From Desulfobacterales bacterium (GTDB lineage: Bacteria; Desulfobacterota; Desulfobacteria; Desulfobacterales; SpSt-501), in NCBI GenBank assembly GCA_025454255.1, contig JALOOU010000001.1:58316-122315 (forward strand): a DNA stretch of 64,000 nucleotides. Direction: 5' to 3'. Positions 24,703 through 32,634 of this stretch are shown in pieces. A model generated the notes under the pieces. The model was not told where the DNA came from. It was given only the letters and a program-made list of their open reading frames with translations, and searched no databases. The position numbers and the translations under genes were made by a program. Every line of letters starts with the position of its first letter. Position 1 is the first letter of the stretch.

Positions 24703-26005
24703 CCTGTTGAACGCAACGCGGCCGCCGGTCTTCTGCCCGGGCTGCTCCCACGAGCGCATCACCCACACCCTGGACCAGGCCTTCCACAAGATGGGCCTGG
24801 CGGGGGCCGATATCTGCATGGTGAGCGACATCGGCTGCTCGGGTCTTTTCGACACCTTTTTCAACACCCACGCCCTGCACGGCCTGCACGGCCGGGCTCT
24901 GACCTATGCGGCCGGGGTCAAACTCGCCCGTCCGGAGCTCAACGTGGTGGTGACCATGGGCGACGGGGGCCAGGGCATCGGCGGGGCCCACCTGCTGGCG
25001 GCCTGCCGGCGCAATCTGGACCTGACGCTGCTGGTGCTGAACAATTTCAACTTCGGCATGACCGGCGGCCAGTACTCCGCCACCACGCCGCCGGAAGCCG
25101 AGGTGGGTTCGGGTTTTTTGAACCGCCTGGAGCGGCCGCTCGACATCGGCGGGGTGGCGCGGGCGGCCGGAGCTCCCTACGTGGTGCGCTGCTCGGCCTA
25201 CCGCAGCGACCTGCCCGATGTGATCGCTCGCGCCGTGGCGTTCAAGGGGTTTGCGGTGGTGGACATCTGGGGAATTTGCCCGGGACGCTTTTCGAAACGC
25301 AACCGGCTCACCCCGAAGCTCATCGAGGAGATGCTCGCCCGGCTGCCGGCGATGGAGGGCGAGGTGGTCGAGAACCGCCGCCCGGAATACGGGGAGCTTT
25401 ACCGCCAAACGGCCGCAGCGCTGAACCCGGTACCGGAGCCGGCCGCCATCGAGCCCCGCTTCGCCCCGCCCGGCGGCGCCCGCGAGGAGGTCATCATGCT
25501 GGGCAGCGCCGGCCAGCGCATCATCACGGCCGGAGAGATCCTGTGCCTGGCCGCCCTCCACGCCGGCCTCAACGCCACCCAGAAAAACGACTACGACATC
25601 ACCGTGCTGAGGGGCCCTTCGATCAGCGAGCTGATCCTCTCCCCGGAGCCGATCGATTTCAGCGGGATCGCCCAGCCCTCGCTGGTGGTGGCCCTGGCGC
25701 CCGAAGGGGTAGCCCGGCGCCGGAAGGCGTTCGAAGCCCTGAGCTCCGGCAGCGTCGTCATCCAAGCCGCCGGCGTCGAGGTCGCCCCCGGTCCGGCCCG
25801 AATCCACCGGGTGGACTTCAAGGCCCAGGGGATCAAACCGCCGGACTGGGCCCTGGCGAGCTTAGGCGTGCTGGCCAAGCTGGGTCTTGTGATTCGGCCG
25901 GAGATGCTGGAGGCTGCGCTGGGGTCGCGGCTGCGCGGGGCGAGCCTGGCGGGGGCATTGGAGCTGGTGCGGCGGGTCGCGCCCGGCCAGTGGGCCAACG
26001 CATAG
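24695..26005 (+). CDS. 2-oxoacid:ferredoxin oxidoreductase, beta (TPP-binding) subunit fused to a gamma-like domain
   Basis: Beta motifs (FCPGCSHERI, GDGGQGIGGAHL, NNFNFGMTGGQ). The C-terminal ~170 aa are gamma-like (VIMLGSAGQRIITAGEIL ... VLRGPSISELILSPEPIDF). The ATG overlaps the alpha subunit stop. Confidence 0.85.
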   Translation: MDSLLNATRPPVFCPGCSHERITHTLDQAFHKMGLAGADICMVSDIGCSGLFDTFFNTHALHGLHGRALTYAAGVKLARPELNVVVTMGDGGQGIGGAHLLAACRRNLDLTLLVLNNFNFGMTGGQYSATTPPEAEVGSGFLNRLERPLDIGGVARAAGAPYVVRCSAYRSDLPDVIARAVAFKGFAVVDIWGICPGRFSKRNRLTPKLIEEMLARLPAMEGEVVENRRPEYGELYRQTAAALNPVPEPAAIEPRFAPPGGAREEVIMLGSAGQRIITAGEILCLAALHAGLNATQKNDYDITVLRGPSISELILSPEPIDFSGIAQPSLVVALAPEGVARRRKAFEALSSGSVVIQAAGVEVAPGPARIHRVDFKAQGIKPPDWALASLGVLAKLGLVIRPEMLEAALGSRLRGASLAGALELVRRVAPGQWANA

Positions 26006-26095
26006 TCGGCCGCCCAGGGCAACGACCCCGCACTGGCAGGCGCATTCGTCTGTCGATCTTTAAAAAAAGCAGCGGGAAAAACGGCCGGCAGCGGG

Positions 26096-26311
26096 CTACT
26101 CCAGTTCGATCAACACCTGCTGGGTGACCACCGTGTCGTCTTTCTTGACGTTGATCTTCTTGATCTTTCCGGCCTCCGGCGCAGGGATGGCATTCTCCAT
26201 TTTCATCGCCTCCAGCACCAGCACATCCTGATACTCCAAAACCTCCTCGCCTTCCTTCACCAGGATGTCGATCACCTTCCCCGGCATCGGTGCCATGATC
26301 TGTTTGGCCAT
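26096..26311 (-). CDS. biotin carrier (biotinyl/lipoyl attachment) domain protein, GcdC-like, 71 aa
   Basis: Only the last 71 codons of the 774-aa track ORF are credible. ATG at 26311 with AAGGAGG 9 nt upstream and the biotinylation motif EAMKMEN. Confidence 0.8.
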   Translation of the reverse strand: MAKQIMAPMPGKVIDILVKEGEEVLEYQDVLVLEAMKMENAIPAPEAGKIKKINVKKDDTVVTQQVLIELE

Positions 26312-26569
26312 AACGTCGAACCTCCTTGAAAGATAGCGCTGGATTGCACTCGCACGGCGCGAATGGCGGCAAACGGACGGAGTGCGTTTGATACTGGATG
26401 CCGCCGCGAATGTCAAGGCTGCCGAAAGCGCCGGCATCCGCGAATCGGTCCTTGACGCGCCAGGCGCCTTTCCGATAATAGATGCGCTGGAGATCGGTCG
26501 CACGGCACCGTAGGAAGTATCGCATCCAGCCAATCGCAGCGGACCCATCGAGGAGGGAGAGGAGCACAG

Positions 26570-28303
26570 ATGAAACCGTACTTTGAAAAAATGAGCCCCT
26601 TCGGAAGCACGCTTCCCGCCGGAAAAATCAAGAGCGGCGAACCCAACGTCCAGCGGATCAAGACGGCGGAGGCCGATGTGGACGAGGCCGTCGCCAAGGT
26701 CAAAAATGCCGGCCTGCCGGAGAAGGTGATCAACCAGCGCGGCCAGCTCACGGTGTGGCAGCGGATCGCGTATCTGGTCGACCCCGGAACGTGGAGCCCG
26801 CTCAACACGCTCTACAATCCCAACGACAACGTGGAGGGGACCAACAACGTCTGCCACGGCCTGGCCAAGATTTCGGGCAAGTGGGCCGTGGTGATCGGCT
26901 TCGACAACAAGGTGATCGCCGGAGCCTGGCTCCCGGGGCAGGCCGAGGAGGTTTTCCGGGCCACCAACCTCTCCAAGCGGCTGAACATCCCGCTCGTCTG
27001 GCTGGTGAACTGCAGCGGCGTCAAGCTGCCCGAGCAGGAGAAGTTCTACGGGGACCGCCGCGGTTCCGGGACCACGTTTTTCCGGCATGCCGAGCTCGAG
27101 CAGGCCGGGATCCCGATCCTGGCCGGCATTTACGGCACCAACCCCGCGGGCGGCGGCTACCAGGGCATCAGCCCCACCATCCTCTTCGCCCACAAGGACG
27201 CCAACATCGCGGTGGGCGGCGGCGGCATCCTGAGCGGCATGTCCCCCAAGGGCTTTTTCGACCTGGAGGGCGCCGAACAGTTGATCGCGGCCGCCAAACA
27301 ATTCAAGGCCGAGCCCCCCGGGTCGGTCAAGATCCATCATGACGCCACGGGGTTCTTCCGCTACGTCTTCGACACCGAACAGGGGGTGCTCGACGGCATC
27401 AAGGACTACATGAAAGACATGCCGGCCTACCACTCCAAGTTCTTCCGCGTGGCGCCGCCGGCCGAACCGCGCTTCCCGGCCGAGGATATCTATTATCTGG
27501 TACCCTTCAATCAGAAGCAGATGTACAACTTCGACGAGGTGCTCGCGCGCCTGGTGGACGGCAGCGAGCACATGGAGTACCGGCCTGGCTACGGCCCCGA
27601 GGTCTACACGGGGCTGGTCAAGGTCGACGGCTTTCTGCTGGGTGTCATCGCCAACCGCCAGGGGTTTCTGGGCGAGGACTACCCCGAGTACGCCCCCTAC
27701 CCCGGAATCGGCGGCAAGCTCTACCGCCAGGGGCTCATCAAGATGAACGAGTTCGTCGTGCACTGCGGCCGCGACCGCGTGCCGGTCGTCTGGTTCCAGG
27801 ACACCAGCGGCATCGACGTCGGCGACATCGCCGAGAAGGCGGAGCTCCTCGGGCTGGGCCAATCGCTCATTTACTCGATCCAGCAGACCGATGTCCCGAT
27901 GATGCTCGTGGTGCTGCGCAAGGGCACGGCCGCCGCCCACTACATCATGGGCGGGCCGACCGCCAACCGCCACAACGCCTTCACGCTGGGCACCGCCACC
28001 ACCGAGATCTACGTCATGCACGGCGAGACGGCGGCCGCGGCGAGCTATTCGCGCCGGCTGGTGAAAGAAAAGGAGAGCGGCAAACCGCTCGAGCCGGTCA
28101 TCGAGGAGATGAACCGGCTGGTCAAGAGCTACAACGACAACTCCCGTCCGGTCTATTGCGCCCAGCACGGACTGGTGGACGAGGTGGCCCGGATGACGGC
28201 CATCCGCGACTACCTGAAGGCCTTTGCCGGCGCCGCCTACCAGAACCCGCGCTCGATCTGCCCGCAGCATCAGATGATGCTGCCCAGGATCATCAAAGGC
28301 TGA
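26570..28303 (+). CDS. gcdA: glutaconyl-CoA decarboxylase subunit alpha (carboxyltransferase)
   Basis: Close motif-by-motif resemblance to GcdA as I recall it (GIYGTNPAGGGY, GGKLYRQGLIKMNEFV, AEKAELLGLGQSLIYSIQ, LRKGTAAAHYIMGGP, AAYQNPRSICPQHQMMLPR). 577 aa. Confidence 0.85.
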   Translation: MKPYFEKMSPFGSTLPAGKIKSGEPNVQRIKTAEADVDEAVAKVKNAGLPEKVINQRGQLTVWQRIAYLVDPGTWSPLNTLYNPNDNVEGTNNVCHGLAKISGKWAVVIGFDNKVIAGAWLPGQAEEVFRATNLSKRLNIPLVWLVNCSGVKLPEQEKFYGDRRGSGTTFFRHAELEQAGIPILAGIYGTNPAGGGYQGISPTILFAHKDANIAVGGGGILSGMSPKGFFDLEGAEQLIAAAKQFKAEPPGSVKIHHDATGFFRYVFDTEQGVLDGIKDYMKDMPAYHSKFFRVAPPAEPRFPAEDIYYLVPFNQKQMYNFDEVLARLVDGSEHMEYRPGYGPEVYTGLVKVDGFLLGVIANRQGFLGEDYPEYAPYPGIGGKLYRQGLIKMNEFVVHCGRDRVPVVWFQDTSGIDVGDIAEKAELLGLGQSLIYSIQQTDVPMMLVVLRKGTAAAHYIMGGPTANRHNAFTLGTATTEIYVMHGETAAAASYSRRLVKEKESGKPLEPVIEEMNRLVKSYNDNSRPVYCAQHGLVDEVARMTAIRDYLKAFAGAAYQNPRSICPQHQMMLPRIIKG

Positions 28304-29346
28304 TGCGCCGCCGGGCGCCGGTGAAGGCCGGCGCCCCTGCACGCCTTCGACCCATCGCGATGCGTCCCCCGACCCCCAGAAACGGCCCGCTGCCGGCCAT
28401 CGTCCTGCGATCGGCCGCAATCCCCGCCGGCCGCTTGCCCCTGCTCCGTGCGGCGCTTTTAGCGAGCCTGCTTACCCTCGCTCTGGCCGCGGCCCTCCCG
28501 GAGCGGCTGCGCGCCGAGGCGGCCCCGCCCCGGATAACCCTCTTTCCCGCCAGCGTTGAGACCGGGGATGCGTTGGTGGTCGAGATCGACGGCCGGCCGC
28601 TGCAACGCGCGGCCCAGGAGTATACGGTCTCTTTCGCCGAGCAGCGGCTCGCGCTTTTTGCGCACCCCGTCAAGGGTCGCGGCGTCCATGTCGGGCTCGC
28701 CGCCGTCCCGCTCAGCGCCCCCCCGGGAACAGCCTCGCTGACCGTGGCCTGGGTCGACGGCGGGCGGCCGCAATCGCGCCGCATCCCGTTTCACATCACC
28801 GCCGGCGCCTACGGCGAGGAGCGTCTCAGGGTGGACCCCCGCCATGTGCAGCCGAGCCCGCCGGATCTTGAACGCATCCGGCGCGAGCAGGAGAAGCTCA
28901 AGCGGGTCTACGCCTCCGGCAGCCCCTCGCGCTTGTGGAGCGAGGGGTTCCAACTCCCGGTGCCCGGGGAGGTGAGCGGCCCGTTCGGCACCCGCCGGGT
29001 TTTCAACGGCGAGCTGCGCAGCCAGCACTCCGGGCTCGATTTCCGTTCGCAAACCGGGGAGCCCGTGCACGCCTCCGGCGCCGGGGTGGTGAAGCTGGCC
29101 GAGGAGCTTTTCTATTCCGGCAACGCCGTGATCGTCGACCATGGCGCCGGCGTGTTCTCCTCCTACTCCCACCTCAGCCGCATCCAGGTCGGCGTCGGCC
29201 AGCGCGTGGAGCGCGGCCAGCGCGTCGGCCTGATCGGCGCCACCGGCCGCGCCACCGGACCGCACCTGCACTGGGGGGTGAAGGTCAACTCCGTCAACGT
29301 CAACCCCCTGTCCTTTATAAGAGCGACGGCCGCCCTTTCCCCTTGA
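28303..29346 (+). CDS. M23 family metallopeptidase (intact LytM active site)
   Basis: HSGLDF (HxxxD) and GPHLHWGV (HxH) are both present, with a hydrophobic N-terminal signal/anchor. The start is either the ATG at 28303 (TGATG overlap with the gcdA stop) or the ATG at 28360. Confidence 0.8.
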   Translation: MRRRAPVKAGAPARLRPIAMRPPTPRNGPLPAIVLRSAAIPAGRLPLLRAALLASLLTLALAAALPERLRAEAAPPRITLFPASVETGDALVVEIDGRPLQRAAQEYTVSFAEQRLALFAHPVKGRGVHVGLAAVPLSAPPGTASLTVAWVDGGRPQSRRIPFHITAGAYGEERLRVDPRHVQPSPPDLERIRREQEKLKRVYASGSPSRLWSEGFQLPVPGEVSGPFGTRRVFNGELRSQHSGLDFRSQTGEPVHASGAGVVKLAEELFYSGNAVIVDHGAGVFSSYSHLSRIQVGVGQRVERGQRVGLIGATGRATGPHLHWGVKVNSVNVNPLSFIRATAALSP

Positions 29347-29432
29347 CACCCCCCTGCCTTTCTCCTATAAACCGGCGCGTCCGATTTTCGAGAGGCGAGT
29401 CGCGGCCGAGGCCCGACCCGGACCGAGCCATA

Positions 29433-30119
29433 ATGAAAATGCCCCACCCCCACAACCTACTGCTCTACCCCGCAACCCGTGCCGGCGTCCCGGGCCTTCG
29501 TCCGACAGACACGAAAACCGCGCTCAGCGCGGCCGCCCTCACCCTTTTCGTGGAGTCCCAGGACGCCTACACCCGCGAGCACGGGCGCCGGGTCGCCGCC
29601 TACGCCGAGCGGATCGCCCGGCAGCTCGGTCTTGCGCAGGCGGATGTCGAGGCCGTGCGCTGCGGCGGCCTGCTGCATGACATCGGCAAGATCGCCTTCA
29701 GCCCCAACCTGGTGTGCAACACCCAAACGACGCTTTCGGCGGCCATGCGCGCCGAGATCCGCCGCCACCCGGAAATCGGGCGAGCCATTCTGGAAACGCT
29801 GCATGTCGCCCGCCCGGTGGTCGAGTGCGTGCACTACCACCACGAGCGCCTGGATGGGTCGGGATACCCCTGCGGACTTGCGGCCGACCGGATCCCCCTG
29901 GGGGCCCAGATCATCAGCGTGGCCGACTGTTTCGACGCGCTGACCACCGACCGACCCTACCAGAAGGGCAAACGCCCGGAGGAGGCGCTGTCGATTTTGG
30001 AAACGCTGGCGGGCCGCGCCCTCAGCGCCGAGTTGATCCAAGCCCTCTGCCGGGAGCTGCCGCCAGCCGCAGGTGCGTCCGCGGCGCATTTACATTCCGG
30101 CCGAACCGGGTTACACTAA
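29433..30119 (+). CDS. stand-alone HD-GYP domain protein (c-di-GMP phosphodiesterase-type)
   Basis: HD (LLHDIGK) and HHERLDGSGYP motifs. There is no receiver or sensor domain. Confidence 0.85.
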   Translation: MKMPHPHNLLLYPATRAGVPGLRPTDTKTALSAAALTLFVESQDAYTREHGRRVAAYAERIARQLGLAQADVEAVRCGGLLHDIGKIAFSPNLVCNTQTTLSAAMRAEIRRHPEIGRAILETLHVARPVVECVHYHHERLDGSGYPCGLAADRIPLGAQIISVADCFDALTTDRPYQKGKRPEEALSILETLAGRALSAELIQALCRELPPAAGASAAHLHSGRTGLH

Positions 30120-30152
30120 AGCAGTGCCAATCTCGCCCGCGGAGCGACCATC

Positions 30153-30260
30153 TTGACCCGTAAGAGCCTCGAAGGCTGGTTCAAAACGATTTTTTCGATG
30201 GTTTTTTACATCGGCGTCTTCAGCGGGATCGGTTATCTGATCCAGCTGACGCTCTTCTGA
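30153..30260 (+). CDS. possible 35-aa hydrophobic small protein (not in the ORF track)
   Basis: TTG at 30153 with GGAG 8 nt upstream. The translation TRKSLEGWFKTIFSMVFYIGVFSGIGYLIQLTLF has one predicted TM helix. TGA at 30258-30260. Confidence 0.2.
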   Translation: MTRKSLEGWFKTIFSMVFYIGVFSGIGYLIQLTLF

Positions 30261-30323
30261 CCCCGCTCGTCCAGCCTCCCTCTCTGCCTGCATCCCGTGT
30301 TTGCGGCCTTCTGAAAAAAAGCA

Positions 30324-30354
30324 TTGACATGCCCGGGGCAAGTTTGTATGACAA
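30324..30354 (+). promoter_or_regulatory. putative promoter with a GntR-type palindrome upstream of the GntR gene
   Basis: TTGACA (30324-30329), a 17-nt spacer, then TATGAC (30347-30352). The palindrome TTGT-ATG-ACAA (30344-30354) overlaps the -10 and has the GT-N-AC core typical of GntR-family operators. Confidence 0.35.
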
Positions 30355-30399
30355 TCTAACCATCTGATCATCATCTCTATCTGCTTCGCGGGAGATCCG

Positions 30400-31200
30400 A
30401 TGAACCGGGTCGTCAAAAGAAGACTCTCCGACTCCGTGCTGGACGAAATCGCGCGCATGTTCGACCGCGGCGAGCTCAAGGAGGGCGACAAGCTGCCCAA
30501 CCAGAACGAGCTGGCCGCTCAACTCGGGGTTTCGCGCGCATCCCTGAGGGAGTCCCTGCACACTCTCGCCCTGATGGGGGTTCTCGAGCAGCGGCCGGGT
30601 TTCGGGACCGTGGTGCGCGGTCGGATGCCCGCCAATTTTTCCGACTTTCTGAACCTGCCCTTGATCTCCGACGCCAAGGAAACCATCGAACTGGTCGAGG
30701 CCCGCCGTTTCATCGAAATCTCCAACGTGGAACTCGCCGTAAAAAACATCACCGCTGAGGACCTCGCGGAGATGGGCCGGATCGTCGAGTCCATGCAAAC
30801 GGCGGTGGCGGAAGACCGCCTGGCCGACTATGTGCGCAAGGACGCCGATTTCCACCACCTCCTGGCCAAAGCGACCGGCAACCGCTTCATGGTGCACCTG
30901 TTTCTGACCATCCGGCGCATCATGGAACAGTTCATCACCGAATCCTTCAGCGCGCTCCCGCGCATGCTGGGCCGCTCCCTGTCGGACCACCAGCGCATCC
31001 ACGCAGCCCTGCTGCGCAAAGACGAGGCCCGCGCGGTGACGGAAATGAAGCGGCACATGGAGAACATCCGCAAAGCCATGGAGAATCTCTACACCCAGGG
31101 CCCGCCGGAACAGACACCGCCGGACGGGCCCGTTGCGGCTGCGAACCTAAAACCGAGGACTACGCCCAAGACCCAGGAGGACTGGCATCATGCGGATTGA
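30400..31200 (+). CDS. GntR/FadR-family transcriptional regulator (wHTH plus FCD domain)
   Basis: N-terminal wHTH (KLPNQNELAAQLGVSRASLRESLHTLALMGVLEQRPGFGTVV) and an all-helical FCD-like C-terminal domain. Confidence 0.85.
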   Translation: MNRVVKRRLSDSVLDEIARMFDRGELKEGDKLPNQNELAAQLGVSRASLRESLHTLALMGVLEQRPGFGTVVRGRMPANFSDFLNLPLISDAKETIELVEARRFIEISNVELAVKNITAEDLAEMGRIVESMQTAVAEDRLADYVRKDADFHHLLAKATGNRFMVHLFLTIRRIMEQFITESFSALPRMLGRSLSDHQRIHAALLRKDEARAVTEMKRHMENIRKAMENLYTQGPPEQTPPDGPVAAANLKPRTTPKTQEDWHHAD

Positions 31201-31930
31201 AAAAGACCGCTGCGTGTGCTGCGGGGAATGCATCGCCGTCTGCCCGGTCGGAGCCATCCGGCTGCGCAAAAAGGATAAAGCCACCGGCGCCAAAGCGGTT
31301 GCGGAAATCGAGCGCGACGAGTGCGTGGAGTGCGGGGCATGCTTCCGCTACAACATCTGTCCGGAAAACGCCATCGCGGAGGAAGCGCTCGCATGGCCGC
31401 GCATCCTGCGCAAGGCCTTTTCCGACCCGGTCTACACGCACGAGGGCACCGACATCCCCGGCCGGGGCACCGAGGAGATGAAAACCAACGACGTCACCGG
31501 CCGCTTCAAGGACGGCTACGTCGGCATCGGCCTGGAGTTCGGCCGGCCGGGCATCGGCACCCGCTTCCGCGAAGCCGAAAAAGCGATCAAAAAACTGGTC
31601 CCCCTCGGCGTTCACCTCGAGCCGAACAACCCCCTGACCCAACTCATCGCCAACCCGCACACCGGGGAGCTCAAACCGGAGATCCTGGACGAGCGGGTGC
31701 TCTCCACCATCGTCGAGGCCATCATTCCGCTGGATAAGTTCCAGCAGGTGATGGCCGCGGTGCGCGAAATCGCCGCCGAGGTGGACACGGTCTTCAGCTT
31801 CGATGTGATCGGAAAAGTGGCGCCGGACGGCTCGATCCCGGCCGCGCAGGAAATGCAGAAGGCCGGGCTGACGCCCTCCATCAACGGCAAGGTCAACGTG
31901 GGCCTGGGGCGGCCGTCGTTCCCGTTTTAA
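31190..31930 (+). CDS. 4Fe-4S dicluster domain protein with an uncharacterised ~170-aa C-terminal domain
   Basis: Two ferredoxin-type Cys motifs (CVCCGECIAVCP, CVECGACFRYNICP). RBS GGAGGA upstream. The ATG overlaps the GntR gene end by 11 nt. Confidence 0.7.
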   Translation: MRIEKDRCVCCGECIAVCPVGAIRLRKKDKATGAKAVAEIERDECVECGACFRYNICPENAIAEEALAWPRILRKAFSDPVYTHEGTDIPGRGTEEMKTNDVTGRFKDGYVGIGLEFGRPGIGTRFREAEKAIKKLVPLGVHLEPNNPLTQLIANPHTGELKPEILDERVLSTIVEAIIPLDKFQQVMAAVREIAAEVDTVFSFDVIGKVAPDGSIPAAQEMQKAGLTPSINGKVNVGLGRPSFPF

Positions 31931-31950
31931 CGATATCATTAGGAGGATTC

Positions 31951-32568
31951 ATGTCGCACACACTGCATCGCTGCGGAAAACACGACGACCTCAAAAACGA
32001 CTTCGTCGTCTTCTGCATGTCCGCCAAAACCGTCAATGTTAAGGGCTCCGGCGCCAAGATGAGACGGTTTTTCGAAATCCTCAGGAAATACCCCGCCGTC
32101 AATTTCGGGGATGTAAAGACCGGCAGCCGGTTCAACTCCGATTGGCAGACCATCCATGACGGCTACAAGGACCAGTCGGTCGCCCATTATGTTTTTTCCG
32201 ACGCCGCCGCGGTGGGTGAGATCCTCAAGGAGCTCAAACAGGCCGATCTGGGCGTCTCCGTGATTGTCAGCGGGGTCTTCGACCGGGTGGAGGAGCTCTG
32301 CCGCCAGGCCGGCCTGAAGATGCACACGGTGGAGTATTCCGGCGGGGTCATGGGCAAGACCGAGCGCCTGCCGGAGGGCCCGGTGCTGGCGATCACGACG
32401 ATGTGCGGCCACGGGCTGGTGTCGGCGAACCTGGTGCAGAAGATGGCAACCCAGGTCAAGAAGGGCAAGAAAAGCCTCGCCGAGGCGGCCGCCGACCTCG
32501 CCAAACCCTGCATGTGCGGCATTTTCAACGTCGAGAGAGCCGAGCGGCTGCTGATGGAGTTGAGCTGA
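31951..32568 (+). CDS. hypothetical protein (205 aa) with conserved-looking Cys/His positions
   Basis: Strong RBS AGGAGG 4-5 nt upstream. I recognise no family. C-terminal segment TTMCGHGLVSANLV...KPCMCGIFNVERAERLL. Confidence 0.6.
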   Translation: MSHTLHRCGKHDDLKNDFVVFCMSAKTVNVKGSGAKMRRFFEILRKYPAVNFGDVKTGSRFNSDWQTIHDGYKDQSVAHYVFSDAAAVGEILKELKQADLGVSVIVSGVFDRVEELCRQAGLKMHTVEYSGGVMGKTERLPEGPVLAITTMCGHGLVSANLVQKMATQVKKGKKSLAEAAADLAKPCMCGIFNVERAERLLMELS

Positions 32569-32634
32569 ACGATCTTCTGCCGCGCCCGACCGGCGCTGCG
32601 GCCAAACCCCTGTTGACGCGAAGGAGGCGAACGC

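Noticed and set aside
26312-28420. N-terminal ~700 aa of the 774-aa minus-strand ORF
   Set aside because: It is antisense to the strongly GcdA-like gene. Only the last 71 codons (26096-26311), with their own RBS/ATG and EAMKMEN motif, look real.
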